This document shows positions 40,723 to 50,600 of a stretch of DNA of 64,000 nucleotides, piece by piece. Numbering within the stretch: position 1 is the first letter of the stretch; every line of letters starts with the position of its first letter. The notes under the pieces were generated by a model. That model saw only the letters and a list, made by a program, of their open reading frames with translations, had not been told where the DNA came from and did not search any database. This DNA is from Verrucomicrobiota bacterium (GTDB taxonomy: Bacteria > Verrucomicrobiota > Verrucomicrobiia > Limisphaerales > AAA164-E04). The stretch is from NCBI GenBank assembly GCA_047947115.1, contig CP170459.1, positions 2,048,001 to 2,112,000 on the forward strand, in the 5' to 3' direction. Position numbers and translations under genes: made by a program.

Positions 40723-43700
40723 TTGCTTTCTTTACCGAATATCACTCCACTCAAAATAGGCAACACAAACAAACTGGCAACGGACAGAACACCGGCGAAA
40801 CGTGCGTCCAGTTTGTGACGGATTTCAAACTCTTTGACGGCTGCGTAGAGCACGGGCACGACAAACATCGTGATGACCACCACACTCATGCCTCCGAAGG
40901 TGGGGATGGCCATGGGGACCATGATTTCCGATCCGCGTCCGGTGGATGTGAGCACCGGAATCAACGCCAGCACGGTGGTGGCAAGGGTCATGAGACAGGG
41001 GCGTACCCGGCGTTTGCCTGCTTCCACCGTGGCTTTCCGGATTTCGGCTATGGTGCCTGGTTTATGCTTTTCAAAGGATTGATCCAGATAGGTGGCCATG
41101 ATGACGCCGTCATCCGATGCAATGCCAAACAGGGCAAGGAATCCTACCCAGACTGCAACACTCAAGTGATAGGTGTGCATTTGGAACAGCTCACGAATGG
41201 GGACTCCGAGAAGGCTCACGTTCAGGAACCAATCCTGTCCATACAGCCATAGCATCAGGAAACCTCCAGCCCACGCAACCAGGATGCCCGAGAACACCAT
41301 CATGGTGGTGGTGGTGGATTTGAATTGCATGTAGAGGATGATGAAAATGGCAAACAAGGCCAGGGGGAGCACGAGTCGCAACTTTTGTTCCGAACGCACC
41401 TGATTTTCATAGCTGCCGGCAAAGGTATAGCTGACTCCCGGAGGCAGAACCAGCTGACCGGTTTCAATCTGCTGTTTCAAATGGTTCTGTGCCGATTCAA
41501 CGACTTCCACTTCGGCCAAACCGGGTTGTTTGTCGAACAGGACGTAACCGAGCAGAAAGGTGTCCTCGCTTTTGATGTTTTGGGGTCCGCGTCGATAGTT
41601 GATGTGTGCCAGTTGTTCGATCGGAATTTGTGAGCCGTCCGGAGCCGGAACGAGGATTCGTCCGAGTGATTCCAGTTGATCTCTCAATTCGCGCATGTAA
41701 CGAACTCGAACCGGATACCGCTCACGTCCCTCCACCGTGGTGGAAATGCGTTTGCCGCCGATACCCACTTCGATGACTTCCTGCACCTCACCCAGGCGAA
41801 TGCCATAACGCGCGATGGCTTCGCGATCAATTTCTATTTCCATGTAAGGCTTGCCTACGGTTCGATCGGCGATCACGGTGGCCGGATTGACCTTGGGTGC
41901 TTGCTTGAGCAGTCGTTCCAGTTGCAAGCCGACCTGTTCGATGGTTTCCAAATCGGGTCCTTTGACCTTGATGCCCATCGGCGCGCGCATGCCGCTTTGC
42001 AACATGACGAGCCGGGCGGCAATGGGTTGAAGTTTCGGCGCGGAGGTGGAGCCGGGCACTTCGGCGTAATCAACAATCAGATCCCAAATATCATTCTCGC
42101 TCTGAACGCCCGGCCAGGGAGCGCGGCCTTCATTCCATTCCGGATTGAGCGCCGGACGCCAGATGCGAAATGGTTTTCCGGAATCATTCGGAATGAGATT
42201 TCCAGAGGCATTACGTTGGAAGGATCCCTTTACTTGGTAGGGTTCTCCATCCGGCGCGGGCACTGGATTGCCGTTAAGATCCCTGAAGGAATCGATCTTG
42301 TTCGCATCGAACTGGAAGGTCAAACGGTGCCCCTGATCATCCAGCAAATATTCCGGGTGATAATTGATGATGGTTTCCACCATGGAGACCGGTGCCGGAT
42401 CGAGTGGTGTGTCGGCGCGTCCGAGTTTGCCGACCACGGTGTCGATTTCGTGGATTTGACGGATGGACAGATCCTGTTTGCGCATGGCATCCATGGACTC
42501 TCCGATGGACGCATGCGGCATGGTGGTTGGCATGTAGAGAAAGGACCCTTCGTCCAGAGCCGGCATGAACTCCTTGCCCATGCCCGGGAATTGATGCGCC
42601 AGCATGGACACCGGGCGCCATGTCCGGATCGAGCCCGGGATCCAGCCGAACAAAGCGTCAAATCCTAACCAAACGCCGCATCCCAAAGTTACCAACGCGA
42701 TGGGCAGGGTTAAAAACGCCAAACGATGACGCAGGCACCATGTCAGCATGGGACCGTAATTTCGTTGAACCAAAGCAACGAGTCCGAGGAGGCCTCCAAT
42801 CAATGCGATGACAAAGATCAGATTCGACATCATCCCTTTTTCCGGTCCCAATGGAAGCCAGTGCGAGGTGAGGGTAAAACAGACGATGGCTGCGGCCAGG
42901 TAATTGATTGTTTTGGGGACACGATGTTGAACCTTTGCGGGCAGGCGGTGTGCCAGGAGGTGATATAGCCCGGTGAGCAGGGCTGCCAGTCCGATCAACC
43001 AACCAATCACACTAGGTTCGCCTCCGCTTGCCCATCGAACCAGTTGGACAAGCAATAGAAAGGAACCCAGCACCATCATGGTGCCAAAAGAAAAACGGCG
43101 CACGGTTTTACCGGTGATGCGTCCGGTGAAAAGAATCTGGGCAAGCGGGGGAATCACGGTCAGCGCGACGACCACCGAAGCGAGCAGGGCAAAGGTCTTG
43201 GTCCAAGCCAGCGGTTTGAAGAGTTTGCCTTCCGCCGCTTCCATGGTGAATACGGGGAGAAAACTGACAACGGTGGTTGATACCGCCGTCAATACGGCTT
43301 GTCCGACTTCGCTGGATGCCTTACGTATGACAACGATGGGATGTTCATTCGGTGCGGCTTCTTCCAGTTGTTTGAGGATGTTCTCACAGATGACGATCCC
43401 CATGTCCACCATGGCTCCGATGGCAATGGCGATGCCGGACAAAGCGACGATGTTGGCATCCACACCAAACAATTTCATGGCGCTGAAACACATCAGGACT
43501 GCAATCGGCAACAATCCTGCGATGAGGACGGAGCTGCGCAAATGCATCAACATGACAATCACCACGATGATGGTGATGAGAATTTCTTCGGTCAGGGCCA
43601 CCTGCAGGGTGTTGAGGGTTTCCTTGATCAGACCGGTTCGATCATAGAAGGGGACGATGCGCACCTGGCTGACCGTTCCGTCGTCCAATGTTTTGGAGGG

Positions 43701-44729
43701 AAGTCCCGGGGTGAGTTCGTTGATTTTTTGTTTCAGGTTTTGAATGGTTTTCAACGGGTTTTCACCGTAACGAACCACCACCACACCGCCGACCGCTTCT
43801 GCACCTTCTTTATCCAATGCTCCGCGACGCAACGCCGGTCCAAAGGTAACATGGGCCACGTTGCGTACATACACCGGAACGTTGTCCCGCACTTTGATAA
43901 CCGTGTTTTCGATGTCTTTCAGGGATTTGATGAAGCCGATGCCCCGGATGAAATATTCGACATGGTTGACTTCAACCGTTCGCGCGCCGACGTCCACGTT
44001 GGACATTTGGATGGCTTTGAACACTTCCTGCAGCGACACATCAAACGCCCGCATCGCATCGGGATCGACATCCACCTGATACTCCCTGACGAATCCCCCC
44101 ACCGAGGCGACCTCGCTGACACCGTCCGCTGCCAGGAGGCCATATCGTACGTAGTAATCCTGAACGGATCGGAGTTCATCCAAATCCCAACCTCCGGTCG
44201 GGTTGCCATCGGCATCCTGTCCTTCGAGTGTATACCAAAACACCTGCCCCAGGGCTGTGGCATCCGGTCCAAGTCGTGGCTGAGTGCCTTCCGGGAGTGT
44301 GCCAGCGGGCAGGCTTGCAAGTTTTTCGAGGATGCGGGATCGCGACCAGTGAAAGTTGATATCCTCTTTGAAGATCACGTAAATGGATGAAAACCCAAAC
44401 ATGGAATAGCTCCGAACGGTTTTCACTCCGGTTAATCCCATCAGGGAAACCGTTAGAGGATAAGAAATCTGATCCTCCACATCCTGTGGTGAGCGTCCCA
44501 TCCACTCCGTGAACACAATCTGCTGGTTCTCTCCGATATCCGGGATGGCATCAACCGGAACGGGATCGCGTTGAATACCGTCGATCTCCCATTCGAACGG
44601 GGCCACGAACAAACCCCATCCGATGAGAAACAGGGTTCCCAGGACAACGATCAATTTGTTGTGAAGGCAGAAATCGATGAGTCGTTCGATCCAGCCTTGA
44701 GGTGAATCGTTATTCTTCATGGGAATCAT
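40719..44729 (-). CDS. cusA: CusA/CzcA heavy-metal efflux RND permease
   Basis: DAIPDIGENQQIVFTEWMGRSP, GPDATALG, GIAIAIGAMVD, RVRPCLMT. Confidence 0.93.
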   Translation of the reverse strand: MIPMKNNDSPQGWIERLIDFCLHNKLIVVLGTLFLIGWGLFVAPFEWEIDGIQRDPVPVDAIPDIGENQQIVFTEWMGRSPQDVEDQISYPLTVSLMGLTGVKTVRSYSMFGFSSIYVIFKEDINFHWSRSRILEKLASLPAGTLPEGTQPRLGPDATALGQVFWYTLEGQDADGNPTGGWDLDELRSVQDYYVRYGLLAADGVSEVASVGGFVREYQVDVDPDAMRAFDVSLQEVFKAIQMSNVDVGARTVEVNHVEYFIRGIGFIKSLKDIENTVIKVRDNVPVYVRNVAHVTFGPALRRGALDKEGAEAVGGVVVVRYGENPLKTIQNLKQKINELTPGLPSKTLDDGTVSQVRIVPFYDRTGLIKETLNTLQVALTEEILITIIVVIVMLMHLRSSVLIAGLLPIAVLMCFSAMKLFGVDANIVALSGIAIAIGAMVDMGIVICENILKQLEEAAPNEHPIVVIRKASSEVGQAVLTAVSTTVVSFLPVFTMEAAEGKLFKPLAWTKTFALLASVVVALTVIPPLAQILFTGRITGKTVRRFSFGTMMVLGSFLLLVQLVRWASGGEPSVIGWLIGLAALLTGLYHLLAHRLPAKVQHRVPKTINYLAAAIVCFTLTSHWLPLGPEKGMMSNLIFVIALIGGLLGLVALVQRNYGPMLTWCLRHRLAFLTLPIALVTLGCGVWLGFDALFGWIPGSIRTWRPVSMLAHQFPGMGKEFMPALDEGSFLYMPTTMPHASIGESMDAMRKQDLSIRQIHEIDTVVGKLGRADTPLDPAPVSMVETIINYHPEYLLDDQGHRLTFQFDANKIDSFRDLNGNPVPAPDGEPYQVKGSFQRNASGNLIPNDSGKPFRIWRPALNPEWNEGRAPWPGVQSENDIWDLIVDYAEVPGSTSAPKLQPIAARLVMLQSGMRAPMGIKVKGPDLETIEQVGLQLERLLKQAPKVNPATVIADRTVGKPYMEIEIDREAIARYGIRLGEVQEVIEVGIGGKRISTTVEGRERYPVRVRYMRELRDQLESLGRILVPAPDGSQIPIEQLAHINYRRGPQNIKSEDTFLLGYVLFDKQPGLAEVEVVESAQNHLKQQIETGQLVLPPGVSYTFAGSYENQVRSEQKLRLVLPLALFAIFIILYMQFKSTTTTMMVFSGILVAWAGGFLMLWLYGQDWFLNVSLLGVPIRELFQMHTYHLSVAVWVGFLALFGIASDDGVIMATYLDQSFEKHKPGTIAEIRKATVEAGKRRVRPCLMTLATTVLALIPVLTSTGRGSEIMVPMAIPTFGGMSVVVITMFVVPVLYAAVKEFEIRHKLDARFAGVLSVASLFVLPILSGVIFGKESK

Positions 44730-46704
44730 TGGGCGATGTGTTGATGCCGGATGTCACGAGCGTTTCTTTCAACGCTCCGCAGGTAAACATTTTGGAACCG
44801 TAGTAGGGGTTTTCGGTTCCCTCATGGCTTTGCAACCAATCGCCGCCTTTACCGCCAAAAGCCATGGGGCAATGGTAGAGATACACGTCAGCTTTGGCTG
44901 TAGGTTGGAATTGTCGTAGTGTTTGGATCAATGTGTTGGACAGGTGTTCGAACCCTTGACGCATCGACCCCATGTCCTCGCCGGAAGTTTTCATGTGGGA
45001 CAGGGCTTGTTGGAGTTCGGTTTGCCTTTCGTTCCATCTTGTTTGCGCTTCCCCTTCCAAAACTTCGCCTGGCACGGAATCCAATGCGGTTTCCATCCTG
45101 GTAGTCGAAGAGTTGGCTGCGGTTTGATCGTCATGGCTCAGGGCGTGTTGGATTTCCATGTAGAGACTGACCAACTCGTCCAATGAATCTTGCAAACCGG
45201 GTGGTGTCGGGAAGGCCGTTGGCTGGGTTGTTTCTGCTTCATGTTCTGTGTGACTGCCGTGATCATGGGTATGAACGCCGCTGGATTTGCCTCCTTGAGG
45301 TTGCATCATGCTGGGTTTGGCAAGGATTTGGATGGCGCTGTCGATTTTGAAGTTTCCATTGGTGACCACTTTTTCGCCTTCCTGTAGTCCTGATTCGACC
45401 AAGTAAAAATCACCCGCCCTGGGGCCGAGTTCGATTTCCCTTCCTTCGTATTGTCCCTGTCCCAGATCGACGTAAACCACCGCGCGCTTTCCGGTGATCA
45501 GAGGCGCGCTTGAGGGAATGACCAATGGCGCTGTTTCCGCCTGAGCGGTTACATAGCCCAGAGATTCCGCGCTCACCAGATCCATCCCGCAGATGTCACA
45601 GGCCCCGGGTTCGTTCTTGATGATTTCCGGGTGCATGGGGCTGATCCATTTGCCGGCCAGATTGGGGTCCATGACGCGACCACCCTTGGCGATTTGAGAT
45701 TTTACCACCGCTCGCACAAACATGTCCGGTTTAAGTTTGCCTTGCGGGTTGGGCAGGTTGACGCGCATTTTGATGGTGCGGGTTTTGGCGTTCAAAACGG
45801 GGTCGATGAAGGCGATCTTACCTTTGAAAACTTCGCCGGGATATGCTTCGGTGCGGAACTCGACTTCCTGACCGTAATGAATCCAGGGGAGATCCGACTC
45901 ATAGGCGTCCAATTTGACCCAGACATGGGTGAGATCCGCGATGGTGTAGATTTGTGTGCCGGTCTGTACATACATGCCTTCCACAGCGTTCTTGTGCACG
46001 ACGATTCCTTCCATCGGTGAATTGATGGTGATATGATCGCTGGGGGTTCCCTTTTGTTGGATATCCGCGATCTGAGATTCGGTTAATCCCCATAGGCGGA
46101 GCTTTTCTCGGGCGGACCGAATGTTCTCCTGGGATCGTTCGCGAAGGTAGCCGCTGGAACTGGATTCAAGATCTCCTGCTGTTCTTATGGCTGCGATCAG
46201 TTCCTCCTGAGCATTGAGCAAGTCAGGGCTGTAGAGATAGACAAGGTGATCGTTTTGTTTCACTGGGACACCTGTGTAATCAACGTACAGCCGGTCCAAA
46301 CGTCCCGGCACACGAGCCGTGATGTAGGACAATCGACTCTCGTCATATTCCACCTTGCCGACCATGCGGATTTCCGCTTCCGCATAACGTCTTTCTACGG
46401 GGGTGGATTGAATCTCGGCCAGTTTTTGTGCTCTCGGTGAAAGGCTGAGTGAACGCGGTCCGGTGTTGGCCGCATCCCCTTCATAGACCGGAATCAAATC
46501 CATCCCGCACAGTGAACATGTGCCCGTGGTATCCTGTTGGATAGATGGGTGCATGGAGCAGGTGTAGAACTTTACGGGTCGAGCAGCGTCTCTTTCCAAG
46601 TGAGAATGGTTGGCATGGTCCCCTTGGAAAAAACCGCGCAGCCAAAAACCGCCGATGAACATGATGACGGCGGTGATGAAGATGGTTGGGATAGTCCTAT
46701 TCAT
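44710..46704 (-). CDS. cusB: CusB-type RND periplasmic adaptor with heavy-metal-binding and DUF3347-like domains
   Basis: YTCSMHP..CSLCGMDL, WISPMHP..CDICGMDL, LKPDMF, CPMAF..WLQ..NPYYGSKMFTCG. Confidence 0.9.
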   Translation of the reverse strand: MNRTIPTIFITAVIMFIGGFWLRGFFQGDHANHSHLERDAARPVKFYTCSMHPSIQQDTTGTCSLCGMDLIPVYEGDAANTGPRSLSLSPRAQKLAEIQSTPVERRYAEAEIRMVGKVEYDESRLSYITARVPGRLDRLYVDYTGVPVKQNDHLVYLYSPDLLNAQEELIAAIRTAGDLESSSSGYLRERSQENIRSAREKLRLWGLTESQIADIQQKGTPSDHITINSPMEGIVVHKNAVEGMYVQTGTQIYTIADLTHVWVKLDAYESDLPWIHYGQEVEFRTEAYPGEVFKGKIAFIDPVLNAKTRTIKMRVNLPNPQGKLKPDMFVRAVVKSQIAKGGRVMDPNLAGKWISPMHPEIIKNEPGACDICGMDLVSAESLGYVTAQAETAPLVIPSSAPLITGKRAVVYVDLGQGQYEGREIELGPRAGDFYLVESGLQEGEKVVTNGNFKIDSAIQILAKPSMMQPQGGKSSGVHTHDHGSHTEHEAETTQPTAFPTPPGLQDSLDELVSLYMEIQHALSHDDQTAANSSTTRMETALDSVPGEVLEGEAQTRWNERQTELQQALSHMKTSGEDMGSMRQGFEHLSNTLIQTLRQFQPTAKADVYLYHCPMAFGGKGGDWLQSHEGTENPYYGSKMFTCGALKETLVTSGINTSPNDSHEE

Positions 46705-48116
46705 GGTTGGGTCGTTTTAAGTGATTGGGTGGAGTCGGGTAACAGTGAATGTGTGCCGAGGAGCTTTTCCAAGTTGGCTGTTGCAATGGCTCGATCTGCC
46801 AGGGCGCGTTGATATGACAACTGGAATTCCAGGAGCAAGCGTTGTGCATCGATGAGTTCCAGGAAATCTGATTGCCCGGCCTGATAGGATTGCTCCGCTA
46901 CTCGCAGAGCGTTTTCGGTCAGGGGAGTCAAAGAATTTTTATACAAACCAAGTTTTCGCTCCGCATCCCTGTAGTTGAACAGCGCCATGGCAAGATCCGT
47001 TTGCAATTCATTTTCACGCTGCTTCAAGCGGAGTTGTGCTGCGGAAGTGTTGGATTCGGCCTGGCGAACAGCGGCCTTGTTTTTGCGGTTCCAGATGGGA
47101 ATGTTAAAGGCACCGGTGATCATCACCGGATCTTTGCCGTTGTCGCTTATCCCTGCTGTTGCCGATGGGGCGGTTTGGATGTAATCCAGCCCCAACGTGA
47201 AATCCGGTCGATTGTTTTTGAGGGTCAGTTGGATGGATTTCCGGCTTTTTTCCACTTCGGCCTGCAAGGCCGCCAGGTCCGGGTGTTGCAACAGCATGGT
47301 ATCCATAGAGGTTTTGCTCGGTAGCTGTAAGGTCTGAGTGTTTCCAAGTTTTGGGACAGGAAGGAAGGTGTTCGGGGGGCGATTCATTTCCGTGTTGAGT
47401 CTTGTGGTCAGGGGAAGGATCATGTCCTGAAGGCTCAGCAGTCGATCTTCGAGCTTTCCAATCTCGACCTGCGCTTTCACGACTCCTGTGACGTCACTAC
47501 CGCTTCTGAAACTAGCCTGTGCAACGCGTTCGAGGTGTTTCATGAGTTCAATGTTTTCCTGGGTGATCCGGATGGATTCATGCAGATAAGCCAGCTCGTT
47601 CCATGTTGTTTTGACGGATTGAAACAATCTGCGCTTGGTTGATTCGTAGACCTGCCAGGCGGCTTCTGCATCGTGATCGGCCATCTGGCCTGCCAGGGTT
47701 CGTTTTCCAAACCATGGAAACATTTGGGAAAGCCCCACACGTTGTTGCTGTGGGCCGACTCTTGTCTCAACTTCACGGATGAAATACCCGTAGGAGAACT
47801 TGGGATCCGGCAGCGCCGTCACCTGAGGGCTTTTTTCAAGAGCAGCTTGCCACGCTTCAAAAGCGGCTTTCATCCCTGGGTGTCGCATTGCCGCCATGGA
47901 GAGCACATCTTGCAGGCTTGCGTCCGGACTGAGTTCGGGATGATTTAATTTCGTTGGTTGAACGGGTGTTAGGGCACCGCTTCCAATCGGGTGTGAGATT
48001 GCTTCTGTCCGCTCTGCATCATGCCTGGTCTTTCCGGAGGCGCATCCTGTCAGGGCTCCGATCAAACCACTTAATATCAATTTGTTTGCAATAGAAAAAT
48101 TAGCCGTTGTTTTCAT
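46701..48116 (-). CDS. TolC/CusC family outer-membrane lipoprotein
   Basis: LTGC lipobox, LPDP, SQMFPWFGK, FLELIDAQR. Confidence 0.92.
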   Translation of the reverse strand: MKTTANFSIANKLILSGLIGALTGCASGKTRHDAERTEAISHPIGSGALTPVQPTKLNHPELSPDASLQDVLSMAAMRHPGMKAAFEAWQAALEKSPQVTALPDPKFSYGYFIREVETRVGPQQQRVGLSQMFPWFGKRTLAGQMADHDAEAAWQVYESTKRRLFQSVKTTWNELAYLHESIRITQENIELMKHLERVAQASFRSGSDVTGVVKAQVEIGKLEDRLLSLQDMILPLTTRLNTEMNRPPNTFLPVPKLGNTQTLQLPSKTSMDTMLLQHPDLAALQAEVEKSRKSIQLTLKNNRPDFTLGLDYIQTAPSATAGISDNGKDPVMITGAFNIPIWNRKNKAAVRQAESNTSAAQLRLKQRENELQTDLAMALFNYRDAERKLGLYKNSLTPLTENALRVAEQSYQAGQSDFLELIDAQRLLLEFQLSYQRALADRAIATANLEKLLGTHSLLPDSTQSLKTTQP

Positions 48117-48223
48117 GGTGGTATCTCATTGGATCAATGGTGTTTGTTTGTGTCAGTACGCACACAAACACAAAGGAGGATCATCATCGGAAACGTACAC
48201 ACGTCACCTGGAAGATCTTTTGA

Positions 48224-48580
48224 TCATATGAGATACGAGCAGAACAACGTGTAGGCGGGAATGCCGGTCGACTTCACCGCAAGCGGAGGGGCGAATGAAG
48301 ACATCCTGACATCGGGGTCCAACGCGGCCAAATGAAATGACTGGATCATTTTGGCCAGGAGGGAAATCTTCAACTGAGTTTCCGTTTGTGGAGGTGTTGT
48401 GGGTGTTTCAGGTGTGTTGGGTTGAGATGCATCCACGCAGCAACTGTCTCCACCGCACTTGCAGTGACAGGGCACGGTAGTTTCGGCGTTCAACGACATA
48501 CCCACAGCCTGCATCGTCGCGCCCAGTTGCCCGGCGACGAAGATCAGCATCAGAAGAATGGATGTCGTTTTCTTTAACAT
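48224..48580 (-). CDS. Cys-rich small leader protein upstream of the metal-efflux operon
   Basis: N-terminal TM segment, PCHCKCGGDSCC, C-terminal APP...YTLFCSYLI. Confidence 0.7.
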   Translation of the reverse strand: MLKKTTSILLMLIFVAGQLGATMQAVGMSLNAETTVPCHCKCGGDSCCVDASQPNTPETPTTPPQTETQLKISLLAKMIQSFHLAALDPDVRMSSFAPPLAVKSTGIPAYTLFCSYLI

Positions 48581-48972
48581 TGTCTCTGGGTAGTGTAGTC
48601 TAGGTGCCAAAAAATGCGAGAGGAATTTAATAGGTGGAGGGGCGGGGCGCAGGTCAAAAATTATAAATCCAAATCTGGAGGGGCAAACGCCGCTTTGCTC
48701 CCACTTCTATGCTCAGGACATATGCATGCCTTACGGTAGCGAAGGACATACTGCAAGCATTCGAACACCAGTGGCTTTCCGCGTTCCATCTCAATTGATC
48801 GGGAATGATTCAAGGAGAAGATTTGGGAACCGGGTGGCACCGGTCCCTCCTTTTCAAAATACTGAACGGCGCCCGATACCTCGATACCTCGGAGCACCAG
48901 AGTGCGCTTGCATCTTTCAGGGAACAATGTGAGTATCTCGCCAATCCATTTATTCAAATCATATCCACGATC

Positions 48973-50391
48973 ATGCAAATGTTTCTTCGTCGACTTTTGG
49001 TGTGCTCTGTTTTGAGCACGGTTCTTTTTGGTTTCAACGTTTTTGGAGCCGCCAAACCCAACTTCATCCTTATCTTTATTGACGACCAGGGGTATGGCGA
49101 TTTGAGCTGTTTTGGTTCAAAAATCATCAAAACACCCAACATCGACAGGCTGGCCACCGAAGGTCGTAAGTTTACGAGTTTTATGGTGGCATCGCCTGTG
49201 TGTACTCCATCTCGTGCTGCTTTGATGACTGCCTGTTACCCGAAGCGCGTTGGGATGCATCAGCATGTGTTGTTTCCTCAGTCCAAGAAAGGATTACATC
49301 CTGAAGAGCACACCATTGCAGATCATTTGAAATCTCAGGGGTATGCCACGGCATGTTTCGGTAAATGGCATCTCGGGCACCACCCGGAAGTGTTGCCGAC
49401 TTCGAACGGGTTCGATACTTACCTGGGCATTCCATACTCGAATGACATGAACCATCCCGACAACAAAGGAAAACCGCAAGGCGGTTGGCAGGGGATGGAT
49501 ATTTTGTGGAATGATCCTGAATCGACTCTAACCAAATGGAAGACTCCTTTGATTGAGGATGGGGAAATTGTCGAGTTGCCCGTTGATCAACGAACGGTGA
49601 CGCGGCGTTATACCCAGAAGGCAATTGATTTCGTAAAAGCTCACAAGGATGAGCCGTTTTTTGTTTATCTGCCCCATACGATGCCGCATATCCCGCTTTA
49701 TGTTCCCGACGATGTGCGTGATCCGGACCCTAAAAATGCTTACATCAACACGATCGAACATATTGACAGCGAAGTTGGGCGCTTGCTGGATGTGGTGGAT
49801 GATTTGAAACTGACCGAGAACACCTATGTTATTTACACCACGGACAACGGTCCCTGGTTGCAGTTCAAGCATCATGGTGGTTCCGCCGGACCGCTGCGTG
49901 CGGGCAAGGGAACGACTTTCGAAGGCGGACAGCGTGTGCCTTGTTTAGTGCGGGGACCGGGTATACCCGCTGGAACCTTGTGCGACGAATTGACAGGAAC
50001 GATTGATGTGCTTCCCACTATTGCCGCCCTTACTGGTAAGCCATTGCCATCCGATAGAAAAATTGATGGCATCGACGTTTCCGGACTTTGGAATGGAACC
50101 CTGAATCGCTCGCCGCGCACTGAATTCATTCACTACACATCGGTTGGCAATCTGGAAGGACTCAGGCAGGGAGATTGGAAAATTCTGGTCAAGAAACCGC
50201 GTAACCAAAACAATCAGCAAGGTGGCCCGAATCCGACTCAGATCATGTTGTTTAATCTAAGAGACGATGTAGGTGAACAAAACAATCTTGCCAGTCAATA
50301 TCCCGATCTCGTGAGGATACTCACCCAACGCATGGAAGCTTTGGATCAGGAAATCACCACGAATGCCCGCGCTCCTTGGGTCACTGAATAG
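48973..50391 (+). CDS. Arylsulfatase-family sulfatase
   Basis: KPNFILIFIDDQGYGD, CTPSRAALMT, GKWHLG, DNGP, EGGQRVP. Confidence 0.95.
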   Translation: MQMFLRRLLVCSVLSTVLFGFNVFGAAKPNFILIFIDDQGYGDLSCFGSKIIKTPNIDRLATEGRKFTSFMVASPVCTPSRAALMTACYPKRVGMHQHVLFPQSKKGLHPEEHTIADHLKSQGYATACFGKWHLGHHPEVLPTSNGFDTYLGIPYSNDMNHPDNKGKPQGGWQGMDILWNDPESTLTKWKTPLIEDGEIVELPVDQRTVTRRYTQKAIDFVKAHKDEPFFVYLPHTMPHIPLYVPDDVRDPDPKNAYINTIEHIDSEVGRLLDVVDDLKLTENTYVIYTTDNGPWLQFKHHGGSAGPLRAGKGTTFEGGQRVPCLVRGPGIPAGTLCDELTGTIDVLPTIAALTGKPLPSDRKIDGIDVSGLWNGTLNRSPRTEFIHYTSVGNLEGLRQGDWKILVKKPRNQNNQQGGPNPTQIMLFNLRDDVGEQNNLASQYPDLVRILTQRMEALDQEITTNARAPWVTE

Positions 50392-50600
50392 GCCCTCGGA
50401 CTTCATTTGCAGAAGCTGATTGTTGCCATTTCTATTTGCCAGCCTTTCAGTTGTCTTTTTTGGTGGGGAAGTGTCGTGATTATTCCATCGGTTGAAAGTT
50501 TGCAATGGCCTTGAACGATGGGGTGATGACGGAATTTCGATAAAATGGTGGATTGATCCATCCATAAATAGATTGACTTTTGGTAAGGTTTTGTAAATCA

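Noticed and set aside
42100..43150. Extra TM and periplasmic insertions making CusA 1336 aa
   Set aside because: Long CusA variants of this kind are familiar from Bacteroidota and PVC genomes; not evidently novel.
48661..48972. 105-aa minus-strand ORF and N-terminal extension of the sulfatase
   Set aside because: No recognisable motifs; the sulfatase signal peptide begins at 48973/48979.
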